A DNA stretch of 40,018 bases, from NCBI GenBank assembly GCA_000934665.2, contig KZ538925.1:1-40018 (forward strand). The letters are read 5' to 3'. Made by a program: the position numbers and the translations under genes. The notes under the pieces are model-generated. The model saw nothing but the letters and a program-made list of their open reading frames with translations, was not told where the DNA came from and searched no databases. Positions 23,980 to 34,768 of this stretch are shown piece after piece. This DNA comes from Catajapyx aquilonaris. Its lineage: Eukaryota. Numbering within the stretch: the stretch's first letter is position 1; the number at the start of each line of letters is the position of its first letter.

Positions 23980-24162
23980 TGCACACTACTGCCACTCTTA
24001 GGGAGAAAGTAGTGCTACGTGCACGTTGGTGATGAGTCCCTGCGCGGACAAAGTCCACCAGGGCGCTATACTACACTGCCCTCTAATGTTGTTGAACGGG
24101 GAAAGGGAAAGCTATGGTGATTGGTCAACTTGTTTACGGGGTGGAGTCACGGATTGTGAATT
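23980..24162 (+). repeat. Older dispersed repeat, homologous to 31507-31600 plus 32026-32075
   Basis: ACACT(A/C)CTGCCACTCT...TGCACGTTGGTGATGAGTC...GTCCACCAGGG(C/T)GCTATA and GGTGAT..GTCA.CTTGTTTACGG..TGGAGTCACGGATTGTGAATT are shared. Confidence 0.8.
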
Positions 24163-24183
24163 CTGTAACTTACACGTATAATT

Positions 24184-24225
<42 letters not shown>
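24184..24225 (+). repeat. (GAT)n microsatellite
   Basis: About 14 uninterrupted ATG/GAT units. Confidence 0.97.
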
Positions 24226-24227
<2 letters not shown>

Positions 24228-24409
24228 TATTATTATTATCATCGAAATATTATAAAATAATGTTTAAAAGACAGAACTGTTGAGATTTTAGGGTCCTGAT
24301 CACCTGATGAGTGTTGTATGTCCCCCGGCCAAGTGATGCGCCAGTGGCTCCCCTGGCGGCTGAGTGCTGGTGTATGGCCTTGACCTTGAGATGTTTGTTA
24401 TCTTTCCAG

Positions 24410-25264
24410 GGAGTGGACGACAGAGGGCGGTGAGAACGGGGAAGGCGGGGCTGGCAATGGTGCCGGGGGCCCGGGTGGGGCGGCCGGTGGGGCTGCTGCC
24501 GGAGGTGGAGGCGGCGGAGGGGCCCAGCAGGGGGCTGGAGCAGGAGGAGGCGGCCAGGGAGGCGGCCAGGCAGGGGGTGGAGGAGGAGCTGGAGGAGCAG
24601 GAGCAGGAGGCGGAGGAGGGGGAAGGTGGTCCCTGTCTGGTCGGCGCAGTCAGCGCCTGCCCAGCTTGAAATTGGCCAACGGGCGCGTGGGCTGCACCCC
24701 GTCAGAAGAAGAGATCCGGTCGCCCAGAGGGTTCCTAGGTGGAGCTGGTGGCGGAGGGGTAGCTCGATCCGGATCCAACGATGATCAGAACCGGCTGGGA
24801 GGCGCGGGGATCAAGATCAGCTTCGAGCGGATCGACAACAACACGTGCACGGACTCGTTGGTGACGGCCGTTGAGGATGAGGCCGCTCTGATCGCAGACT
24901 ACATCTCGCACGAGATGAACTACAAGGACGGTACGTCGTCTGGTAGCAAGGTGCACTTCGGAGGGGACGATGTCAGTCTGTATGGGACACCCAAGGAGGA
25001 GCCCGGGCCTCCTAATCTTGGGGGAAGTGCGGGTGGGGGTGGAGGTGCAGGAGGTGGAGGTGGTGGTGGTGGTTCAGGAGGAGGTGGGGCCCCAGCATCT
25101 GAACCCAAGCCCAGCTTCCTCAAGAACCAACTGCAGGCCCTTTTCCAACCCACCGACAATAAGCTGGCCATGAAGCTCTTCGGCAGCAAGAAGGCCCTCA
25201 TGAAGGAGAGGATCAGGCAGAAGGCCGCCGGACATTGGATCATCCACCCTTGCTCCAGCTTCAG
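24410..25264 (+). CDS. Ih: Coding exon of hyperpolarization-activated cyclic nucleotide-gated cation channel (Ih/HCN): Gly-rich N-terminus plus HCN domain, ending just before S1
   Basis: Translation contains SKVHFGGDDVSLYGTPKEE...EPKPSFLKNQLQALFQPTDNKLAMKLFGSKKALMKERIRQKAAGHWIIHPCSSFR, which I recognise as the arthropod Ih/HCN pre-S1 region. Acceptor tttgttatctttccAG at 24408-24409 with in-frame TGA stops just upstream (24381, 24387). Donor ttcAG|GTttgt at 25265, where HCN proteins continue FR/FYWD. The exon is 855 nt, phase 2-2, and open throughout (EWTTEGGENGEGGAG...). First in-frame ATG is at 24915 (MNYKDG). Confidence 0.95.
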
Positions 25265-27026
25265 GTTTGTGTTGCACTCTTGCATTGGGGAGAGGGATGT
25301 GAAGCAACTAATGAAGCAATAATGATATGGAAACCAGTTTCATTGCTTCATTGACTTCATGAGGCAAAGAAAGTGACCGTCAGAACTATATCAAGGAGAA
25401 AATGTGGGAAAACTTTGCTGATCGTCCGAATTATCCGACGCTCTTAACACCTACATCAATTTAGTGAAACTTTAAATCAAATAATTGATTCCACATTCAA
25501 TACGTACTTGACAGCAATGCAATTTATCTGGGATTTTCTCACAATTTACGTGGGATTTGCCCTCTAAACGCGCTTTCTTGGTTTTGCTAATAATTTACTC
25601 AGGATTTACTCAGAATCACAATGCTATCAAGTAAATCTTCTTCATGATTTACACTAGTTTTATGAGTTTTATCGACGATTACTTGATATTCACCTGTAAA
25701 TTATATAGTAACCATAATTAACATCTGATTTCCTTAAATTTTTTACCAGCGATTCATTTGCGGGTATTCGGGCCTCACCTTGCAGACTTGCTAGGTTTAC
25801 CACCGTTCATCTAAGATTTACGATTGGTTAACCTGGGGAACTTTGTCTGGTGCAAGTTTAACCTCATGGTCCTTTACTCCTTGATACAAATGGGCAACCT
25901 GGTTAGCCTAATCTAGGATTAACGTATCTCATCAAATTCATTAAGAATAAGGTGGGCATTTACCAAGAAATAATTGTCAACATTTACACATTTTTTCCCC
26001 CCCAAAATGAAAAATCGCGCAGTTGCGACCACTATTATTTTCGGTCCTGTTCACGTGCCCAGGTGAGGGTAAAAAATCCAAGGGCGCGTTTGAAATCTAA
26101 TTGTTATGCAAGCTGGCAGCTCGATCTATCAATCGGCGGTTAGAGGCAGTTTTCCCAACGGAACAGGCTTGTTTGACTCTGTGACGTCAGCCCGAGAAGC
26201 ACGTGATTTCTGGTTGCGCAATTTCCCCGATATTGCGATTGACATATAGGGTGATCTCAAAGACCTTCCCCCTAAAAAAATTTGGTTACCTTCAAACAAA
26301 AAAATAAGGCATCATTGAATGTGGGCTTGGAACATCACATCACCCTGTAGAATATCCACATGTCGTGACGACCCGATGGTTGTCGCACATGTAAGTCAAA
26401 TTGTGAAGCACTTTTTTTTTGTTTTTTAGTGTCGACTCCTCTGGTATGGCATGTCACACGCGAGGCTTGTACAGGATGAAGATAGTTTCTATCTTGGGAA
26501 TCTGCGCGGAATTGACCCCCCCAAAAAAAATCCTTGACTTTTTTGAAGGCGCAACAATCAGAGTTGCAAACTTCTCCAACTCTTCATTTTCTTTCTCTTC
26601 CGGACCAGCAGGCCTTACAATATAAGGGATGGAAGAGGAAAGGTGATAGAGGGACCGGGGAGCAAATCGAATGCAAACAATCGTATCTGTTTGAACTTCC
26701 GACTGGATGGTACTTACATCTAGTTACTCCATTTCGGACATTTTATGAAGGTTTAGTGATAGACTATAGTCATAAATGTTGGCGCACGCTGCTTATTTCC
26801 AAAAAAATAATAGTGGCACGACATGACAGATGCGTTTTAATATGTAGACCTTTTTAAAACGTCCCTTTTTAAGGCCTATTTGCCTCCCGCCCGACAACAA
26901 GCAAACGAATAGTACCGCTTTCCACCCACCAGAGGCGCTCTGCTCGCGTAGTACCTTTGCGCAGTCGCAGAACGGGAGCCAATCGGAAGCCTATAGGTCA
27001 AACATCACAAGGATTTTGATAGTATA

Positions 27027-27324
27027 CAGAGTGTTTCAACTTAATTTTTTGTCCGAACAGTTATCGGAAAATTGCACGTAGCTGCTACTTCGTAAGCAGT
27101 GACTTGCAAACGGTGATTTTTTCGGAGGAACGGGGAATATTCCCTGCGAATCGTATAGGTTGAAGTGGCATACCCGCTGAAAATTGAGGGTCACACATGC
27201 CATGGGATGTCCCCCATTCCCCCATTCCTCCGACAAATCACCGGTTCCAAGTCACTGCTTACAAAGTAGCAGCTACGTGCAATTTTCCGATAACTGTTCG
27301 GACAAAAAAAGTTGAAACACCCTG
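27027..27324. mobile_element. Tc1/mariner-type MITE family M2, copy 2, inserted in the terminus of an H3-like element
   Basis: TA|CAGAGTGTTTCAACTT ... AAGTTGAAACACCCTG|TA; collinear with 262-576. Confidence 0.9.
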
Positions 27325-28516
27325 TAGATGGTGGGTTGGAAATTGGCACGAGACCCGGTTCAAAAACGCAGTTTTGTCCTCCCCAGTTCATAATACAGGC
27401 AAGACGCTACGAAAATAGCGGATATTGAAGGATCAAGTTCCTTCAAGACTTACAAGTGTGCAATGAAAGTTTTATGCGGCTACGGTTGAAGGCCTCTCCT
27501 TTTGAGTAATGGGATCAATCTTGTAAGAATCATTCAGGTGCTTTCTGCCTTTGGGCTGGGTTTACACTCTTTGACAGGCTTAGGCATTTTCCAAGTTTTA
27601 ATTAAATGCTCCCCCCCCCCCTTCTCGAAATCCTCTTAAGAACGTTCCTTCTCTTTTTAGCAATCTTCGCAAGAGAGCTGTTGTTTACCACCGATTTTGG
27701 GTAATTTCGCATCAAGGCTTGGAGAGATGCCTTGTATTATTCAGAACAGCGCCTCATTTTATTTTTTGGGGGATGGTCCTAAAACTGGGTGCGGACATGG
27801 AAAAAAGCGTGACAATATTCGCGTCACGTAGCTTCTCCTGCCAGACGGACAGGCATGTTTAGTCCATTTGTCGCTCAAATGTACGGCGGGGCGCTAATTA
27901 CAACTCATTAACGCTTATGCGCCCCGCTCTCTTATGGAGGCGGATCGAGCAAAAAACATGCTTAATGGGTGGTTAATGGAGAGATTTTTTTTTTTAAAAA
28001 AAAACTAAGAGTGACCATCGATACATGTTTGTTCGGGTTGTAGCGTCATTTATGTGAGAAATGTGGTACTACTTAACTAGGTTGTTAACTGAAACCAAAT
28101 TCAGCTCTTGTGCGATCATAGGCGTTTAATTAAGTTTGGAGGCTCAAAATGTCTCAATTGTTGCAAGTTGAGGATTTTGTTGCGCCAAATAAATCGATAA
28201 TTCGATCATCAATTCGTTTAGCGAAAACTTTACAGGCCACAGTTGTTTTTTTCCGGATCCCAGGAGAATATTTTCCCCTGAAACAAGAGGAAAAGTTTGT
28301 CGAAGGTAATTTTAAAGCCAATTGATGCCCCACCCCTTGTAATGATGAAGACACTGTATAGCCATGTGGAGGAAAATGGTGTAAAAAAACGCGTGTTTTG
28401 CATTGTTGATATCTACACTCTTTTCATTGTTATATCTTCTATGCAAAATTATGGTCAAAATTTACATCATATCGCTTGGGTGTGTCCTAAAATGTCTGCC
28501 CATATATATATATATA

Positions 28517-29078
28517 CAGGGTGTTTACGACCTAACTTTACAAACTTGTAGGGTTAATAGAGGGGACCAAGACAAACATATTTCACATAGGAACCCGTGT
28601 CCGGAAACGCCATCTAGAGGGGGTTCATAGACGAGGAACGGGTGCGCTCAGACGCGTCACGCGAGAGGTGCAAGTCGAGCGGACTGTTTTGTTGATAGAT
28701 GGCGCGAAGTTGTTGCCAGGTTTTGGCGTATCGCGTCGGCGTAAGTAAACAACAACACGATACGCCATAACCTGGCAACAACAGAACCGCTGTTGACTAT
28801 CCGCGCGTCTCCTAGGAGGCGGACTTTAGTTGCTAGATGACTCTGTTGTTGCCACGTTATGGCACATCGTATCGTTGGTTACTATCCGAGCGCCATCTAT
28901 CAACAAAGCAGTCTGCTCGCCTAGCACCTCTCTCGTGACAGGTCTGAGCGCACCCGTTCCTTGTCTATGAACCCCCTCTAGATGGCGTTTCCGGACACGG
29001 GTTCCTATGTCAAAAATGTTTGTCTTGGTCCCCTCTATCACCCCTAGAAGTTTGTAAAGTTAGGTCGTAAACACCCTG
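28517..29078. mobile_element. Complete long-TIR MITE family M1 (about 190-bp TIRs) within (TA)n
   Basis: CAGGGTGTTTACGACCTAACTTTACAAACTT ... AAGTTTGTAAAGTTAGGTCGTAAACACCCTG. Arms 28517-28705 and about 28890-29078. Internal hairpin 28708-28782. (TA)n on both sides. Confidence 0.93.
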
Positions 29079-29599
29079 TATATATATATATATATATATA
29101 TATTTGAAATATGAAACCTCAAATATTTGATTCCCCCAGACTCTTAGACCCCAAGAGGAAACAATGTGGGTCAGTGTTGAGGTCAGTGAGCATGCGAATA
29201 TTTTAGCAGTTATTCTTTCCTCCCACATCGATTTCCACTTCCACATGACTGTGTCCACTCATCCGGAGTCGCCATTTTCCCCTTTTTTCTATTCTTTTTA
29301 TCCGGCAGTGTCTTTACAACCGGATAAAGAGAGTCAAGGTCTCCGGGTAATTGCAGGCCCGCTTAGGGGTTATGCTTAAGGGTAGTCCTGGGACCTCGTT
29401 AAAAGACTTTGTTTTTTTTTGTGAGGAAAGGCGCAGCATCCTGATAAATTCACTGGGGAGTAAGGTCACAAGTGACCTTTTATGGAAACCCACTTCAAAA
29501 AGCAAGAAAATGAGCCATTAGCTGTTTACGTCATCGTCGTGTTGATGGCGACAGAGATTGGATCTGTCCTGAACAGATTTGTGGAGAACATGAAACAAC

Positions 29600-30000
29600 A
29601 GCTTCGTTGCCACAGTTATTCCTCAGGTAGGTTCGTTCCAGGCCTTGGCAACATCGCAAAAGTTGACCATATCATTACCCCCTTCAAACGTAGTGTTGGA
29701 AACAATTTGCGCGAACTCTGTTGCGCACTAAGTTGCTCTCATTATAAATTCATCTGCCTGCCAGTAAGCAAATCAAAATTAAGTTACTTAACATTCACTA
29801 TGCCACTCTCAGGGTCGTGCGATGGGTAGTGGTACAATACTATTGTACGAGCACAATCTAGTGCGCACCCACACTCGCGCAGCTTTATTGTTTTGACAAC
29901 AATGTTGCCAGAGTTACTCCTCAGGGGCCAAAAAAGAGCCTTTGCAACGTCACAAACGTCATTTTGTTCCACCTCTAAGTGTAGCGTTGGAAATACATAC
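29600..30000 (+). repeat. Dispersed repeat with internal ~300-bp-offset duplication; another copy at about 39840-39920
   Basis: GTTGCCACAGTTA.T.CT...GGTTCGTTC..GCCTTGGCA.CATCGCAAAAGT.G.CCATAT..TTACCCCTT at about 29606 and 39846; a weaker copy at about 29904. Confidence 0.7.
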
Positions 30001-30109
30001 AGAGCTAATTTACCAGCACCAAACTGTAGTACATGGACGGAATTATGTAATAATGAGTCAACCCACGCGAGAACAGTTTTGAATACAAGCACCTTTTTAA
30101 GGACACTCT

Positions 30110-30402
30110 TTATGAGGTAGCGAATTCGATTCTGAGAGTCTGTCACTCCGTCGTCTCGCGTATGGAGGTTGCGAACTCATCCACTCACGTGACTACCGAT
30201 GATGGTGTGGAAGTGGCGATCTCACAAACTCGCGTGACTACTACCGCTATCTGGCGTTGAGGTTTCGAACTCACCCCTAATGTGAATACCTACCACTAGA
30301 TGGTGGAGGAATGTCGAACTCGCTGCACTGCGGGCGGACAGACATCCGTCGTAGTGAAGCTAATATAAAGCGTGTAATAATAATAATAAAAAGCGTGTAA
30401 AA
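30110..30402 (-). mobile_element. Possible Helentron/DINE-like non-autonomous element end
   Basis: Sub-repeats GAGGTT(G/T)CGAACTCA at about 30165 and 30258. Terminus GTGAAGCTAATATAAAGCGTGTAA with duplicated AAAGCGTGTAA. Family assignment is from recalled resemblance only. Confidence 0.4.
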
Positions 30403-31670
30403 AGGGGCTTTGAAGGTCACAACTGTGAAATTAATTCAGTGTCCTTTTCGGTCATTTATTGGGCAGAAGCATTCAGTTTTCGCCAGCTTGATTTTAACTC
30501 AATTAAGTACGATCCTTTAGGTATATGTTCCTGGGATTGACAATTTTGTGGGTTGACACATTATTGCATAACACCGTCCACATAATGCTAACAGTGCAAG
30601 CTGCGCGAACTGTGGTGCGCACTCTGTTGCTCTCGTAAGAAAAATATTCATCTAGAGCTGAGCGGACTCATTCTGGACAAACAGAGGCACAGACGCTCAT
30701 TTTTGCTATAGCAAAGCCCTACTTATACCGCCTGAATAACCAACAAAAAGTCCCATAATTACTGCTTTTTTTTCCAACGTAATGCTTGTGGACTCTGCGT
30801 CCCATGAAATCTGTTCTAATCTACCTTTTTACGTCTCTACCCCCGAGGGGGCGAAATATGCAAATGAAGGGTCGAAAAGGGGGGGGGGGGGGGTTTAGAG
30901 AAATCCGNCAATTGGTATGGTTTTTTGGGGTCCTCCTAGAGTACAAAACATGTCAATAGCTGCTGTGGGGGGGGGGGTGTTTAAATATGGCGGTTTTGTG
31001 GAGTGGATCTAACGCGAGGTGTAAATGATTGCAGTCGATTTTAATTGGGCCGTTCCTTTGCCTGAATTACAAGGCGTTTTGTATGTAAATCCGGGGGTCG
31101 AAAGAGAAGAGGCGGCGATTGTTCCGGACCACTAGAGTGTTCATTAGTTCACAGGAGGGGAAAGTTTCACAGCCCGGAAAATCATAGGTGATTTTGGCAC
31201 AAACGACAGTTAAACTCTTGATTTTTTGGGGGGAGGCAAGTGAAGTCGAGCTCAAACTTGTTGGGTATTGCCAAGAGACGCATATTTTTTTTTTATCCGG
31301 AAGTTCAATTATTGGCGTGTACTACTTACCAGGATATCCGTCAAACACAGTAATTCCAGGTCTTATGAAGTTTTCCTGCGTATGGAAAGTTTGCAAAATT
31401 GGAATTGGCTTTTCGAAGTGGCTCAGATTGTAGAGCATGTTATGGTAATGATTCTGTCAAACTTTCAGTGCCAGTTTTGGTTCATTTTACGCCATCAAGA
31501 AGGTAACACTCCTGCCACTCTGGGCGAAAATAGAACTACCTGCACGTTGGTGATGAGTCACTGAGTGGACACGGTCCACCAGGGTGCTATATACTATGCG
31601 TCCTTCCCCGCTTACTACTTTCCCAGTTCAACAATTAGAAGTCAGAAGTGAAAACTATGTCAACTACTAC

Positions 31671-32031
31671 CTATAGGCAGGGAGCAATAATACTACGTAA
31701 GAGGCGCAAACTTCTGTCGGCGCCTTTGATGTTCGCGTCTGTCTGTTTTGGGCCGTTACCGGCGGCCATCTTGAAGTGTGGGGAACGCCAACGAGGTATA
31801 AATAGGGTACAGGCAAAAATAGGGTCCGCCATCTTTGATGGTTTTGGCGGCCATGGCAACTACACGGCAAGAACACGAGATGGGGTCCCTATTTTTGCCT
31901 GTACCCTATTTATACCTCGTTGGCGTTCCCCACGCTTCAAGATGGCCGCCAGCCTTGGCAACGCTCCCAAACAGAGAGACGCGGAAATCGAATGTTTGCG
32001 CCTCTTATGTCGTATATGCTCCCTGCTATAG
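31671..32031. mobile_element. Palindromic MITE inserted in an older dispersed repeat
   Basis: CTATAGGCAGGGAGCA...TAAGAGGCGCAAAC / GTTTGCGCCTCTTA...TGCTCCCTGCTATAG, with a near-perfect ~70-bp inner IR (31761-31834 vs 31878-31950). Confidence 0.85.
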
Positions 32032-32804
32032 GTGATGAGTCAGCTTGTTTACGGTGGAGTCACGGATTGTGAATTATTGTGATGGGCTTCAAACGGGTAT
32101 GAAATATTCTGGATGTTAGGCATTCCACTGAGCGACTGGCTCAGTTCGCGGTTTTTTTCTGAGCAAAAAAAAACATGATTGCAAAAATGATTCACGATCA
32201 AATTAGCGCAAATTGTCGGGATGGGACGTAAACAATTTAATGTTTCGACCATGTCGTGTGCCTTCCAGAGCAGATGGCCAAAGGTTATAAAGTGCATGTA
32301 CGGCATGCATCTGACAACGAATCATCCAACTACTACCACCAGGGTATGACAAAACCAGAGCTGCTATTTTATAAAAGAGCATTTTGAATGTGAATATCGT
32401 CTAACAAAATCGCTGCTAAGTTTTGGCACCCAAACTTTTGCGAATCGAAATCTCCAAAGGGACAGACCTGACTCCAACCTCCGGAGGGAGTCAGTTTTTT
32501 GGCAAATGAGTTGTCGAGACTAAAAGTGATTCCAGCTTAAGTGCAAAATGAAGGGTGGGTTCCTCTTTTTGGTAATTGGCGCGTTCCTCACTCTCTTCAG
32601 CTCGTTTCCGCTCGCCGTTTGAAGCGAGGATTCCGGCGAGAAAGTCTCTCTCTCCTTATCGCCGCCGCTGCTTCTCTGAGGCAGAAATCCGGACGGGAAA
32701 TTATTATTCTATCTAGCCTCCCCCCCCCTCTCTCTTCCAAATGGCTCCGAATATATCAGCCTTTGTCGCCGCTTGAATAATTACAGGGGCATTATGTTAT
32801 TCCG

Positions 32805-32807
<3 letters not shown>

Positions 32808-32885
<78 letters not shown>
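32808..32885 (+). repeat. (CT)n microsatellite
   Basis: About 38 uninterrupted TC units. Confidence 0.98.
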
Positions 32886-32887
<2 letters not shown>

Positions 32888-33047
32888 TCTCTCCATCTCA
32901 CAGTTTCTCGCTCTCAAAAGGTGCCAGCCAACCAGACAGGGGGGATTTATACACATCTAGACGCAGCCTACGACCAAAATTTATCGCCAATCGATGGACT
33001 CGCCAGTCAATTCTCGCAGATTTAGACGAGTTTGGATGGTCATCCAT

Positions 33048-34332
33048 CATTTCGATGTACGTTATTCGTTATGCGCTATTTCGCTATGCGTTATGTCGAT
33101 ATGGGTCACGTTCTCTCGATATACGTTATTTTCATATGCGTTTATAGGCCGATATACGTTATTTCTAGTTACGTTGTTTCGATGTACTGTGATGTGTCGA
33201 TATGCTTCAATATGCGCGCTATTTACATGTACGCTAGTTCGATATGCGTTATTTCTAGACGTAGTTCGATATACGCTAGTTCGATATGCGTTATTTCCAG
33301 ACGTAGTTCGATATACGCTTGTTCGATATGCGTTATTTCCAGACGTAGTTCGATATACGCTTGTTCGATATGCGTTATTTCTAGACGTAGTTCGATATAC
33401 GCTTGTTCGATATGCGTTATTTCTAGACGTAGTTCGATATACACTAGTTCGATATGCGTTATTTCGATATACGCTAGTTCGATATGCGTTATTTCGATAT
33501 ACGTTGTTTCTATACAGTATACGTTATTTTCATATATGATGATAGGTGTTATTTCGATATACTGTACGATAAGTCGATATGCGCTATTTAGTTATACAGG
33601 GTGGACCAACTTCTAGTGTCGTTTTATATCGGCTATTAATAGAAGCGCTTTACGATTGACGTAGCAGCGACGTGTAAAATGGCCCACTTCGATGGCGCCG
33701 AAGTGGGACATTTTACACGTCGCTGCTACGTCATCGCAAAATCACTGCTATTAATCGCCGTTATAAAACGACACTTGAAGTTGGTCCACCCTGTATGTTC
33801 GCTCGATATCCGTTATTTTGAGACCGTTATTTCGACACACCTTATTTCGATATACAGTACGAGATGTCGATATGCGCTATTTTGATATGTAAACTATTTA
33901 GATACGTTGTGTCGATTTGAGTCAGTTCGATGTGCGTCATTTTAATACACCCTTTTTCGATAGATGCTATTTCGATAATTGTACGGCTACCTTCAATATA
34001 CGTTCTTTCGATATGGATTATTTTCATGTGTTATGTCGATATGTGCAATTTCGATATGCGCAATTAAAGTGTGCATAAGCTTATCGAAATAATTGCGCAT
34101 ATCGTATTCCTAAATTAGGAATACGTTAGTTCGATATGCGTCATTTCGAGACGTTATTTTGATATTCGGTACGTCACTTCGATATTCTGATATGCGCTAT
34201 TTTGATATACGTTATTTAAATATAGGTCTACGTTATGTCGATTTGAGTTAGTTCGATGTGCGTCATTTTAATACACCCTTCTTTCGATATACGCTATATC
34301 GTTATGCGCCATTTAGATATGCGCTATTGCGA
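33048..34332 (+). repeat. Minisatellite of 15-bp modules (TTCGATATGCGTTAT / TTCGATATACGCTAG) with a homogeneous 42-bp higher-order repeat at about 33230-33450
   Basis: Unit TACGCTAGTTCGATATGCGTTATTTCTAGACGTAGTTCGATA occurs about 5 times. TCGATAT recurs across 1.3 kb. Larger duplication about 33868-33960 vs 34189-34290. Confidence 0.92.
33597..33793. mobile_element. 197-bp fully palindromic TA-flanked MITE inside the minisatellite
   Basis: TA|CAGGGTGGACCAACTTC.AGTGTCGTTTTATA ... TATAAAACGACACTTGAAGTTGGTCCACCCTG|TA; the arms pair almost to the centre. Confidence 0.92.
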
Positions 34333-34569
34333 TAAAAATTCAATCCAAAAAACTGACTATAGCTGTAGCATAATTTTGTGTTTAAAATGCTATTTTTTCC
34401 CCAGATTTTTTTACGGCGTATACAGTATTTAGCGCGATTAGTTGGAATGCCCTTCTCTTAGTAACATTTGCTATTCGCTGGCTGGAAAAATACCAGTTTC
34501 TGAATTATCGTTGCCAAAAATCGGATTAGGGAATGGACAACTCGTGATGCTGCATTTCCCCCCCCCCCC

Positions 34570-34768
34570 NNNNNNNNNNNNNNNNNNNNNNNNNNNNNNN
34601 NNNNNNNNNNNNNNNNNNNNNNNNNNNNNNNNNNNNNNNNNNNNNNNNNNNNNNNNNNNNNNNNNNNNNNNNNNNNNNNNNNNNNNNNNNNNNNNNNNNN
34701 NNNNNNNNNNNNNNNNNNNNNNNNNNNNNNNNNNNNNNNNNNNNNNNNNNNNNNNNNNNNNNNNNNNN
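34570..34768. other. Assembly gap flanked by poly-C
   Basis: Run of N. Confidence 0.99.

Noticed and set aside
24026..24060. Hammerhead-ribozyme-like GTGATGA-GTCC-loop-GGAC-AAAG
   Set aside because: Stem II is present but the core lacks the C of CUGAUGA and the GAAA. The second copy (about 31550) also lacks them, and stems I and III are not evident. An Infernal search with Rfam hammerhead models would settle it.
24364..24669. 101-aa Glu-rich ORF and antisense Pro-rich ORFs (24920-25285)
   Set aside because: Alternative-frame and antisense shadows of the Gly-rich HCN exon.
25265..25322. ORF-track extension FVLHSCIGERDVKQLMKQ
   Set aside because: Read-through past the GT donor. HCN similarity stops at FR, so this is intron.
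26247..26347. Isolated CAGGGTG/CACCCTG-like ends (also about 3423 and 12505)
   Set aside because: Matches are too short or have no identifiable partner TIR. They are probably MITE remnants but not supportable.
29482..30146. 115-120-aa ORFs as possible transposase remnants
   Set aside because: No recognisable DDE, RT or zinc-finger motifs. The region is an internally duplicated dispersed repeat.
32994..33616. 181- and 194-aa ORFs with 14-residue repeats; CRISPR-like appearance
   Set aside because: They are translations of a 42-bp tandem repeat. There are no unique spacers and no cas genes, and the context is eukaryotic.
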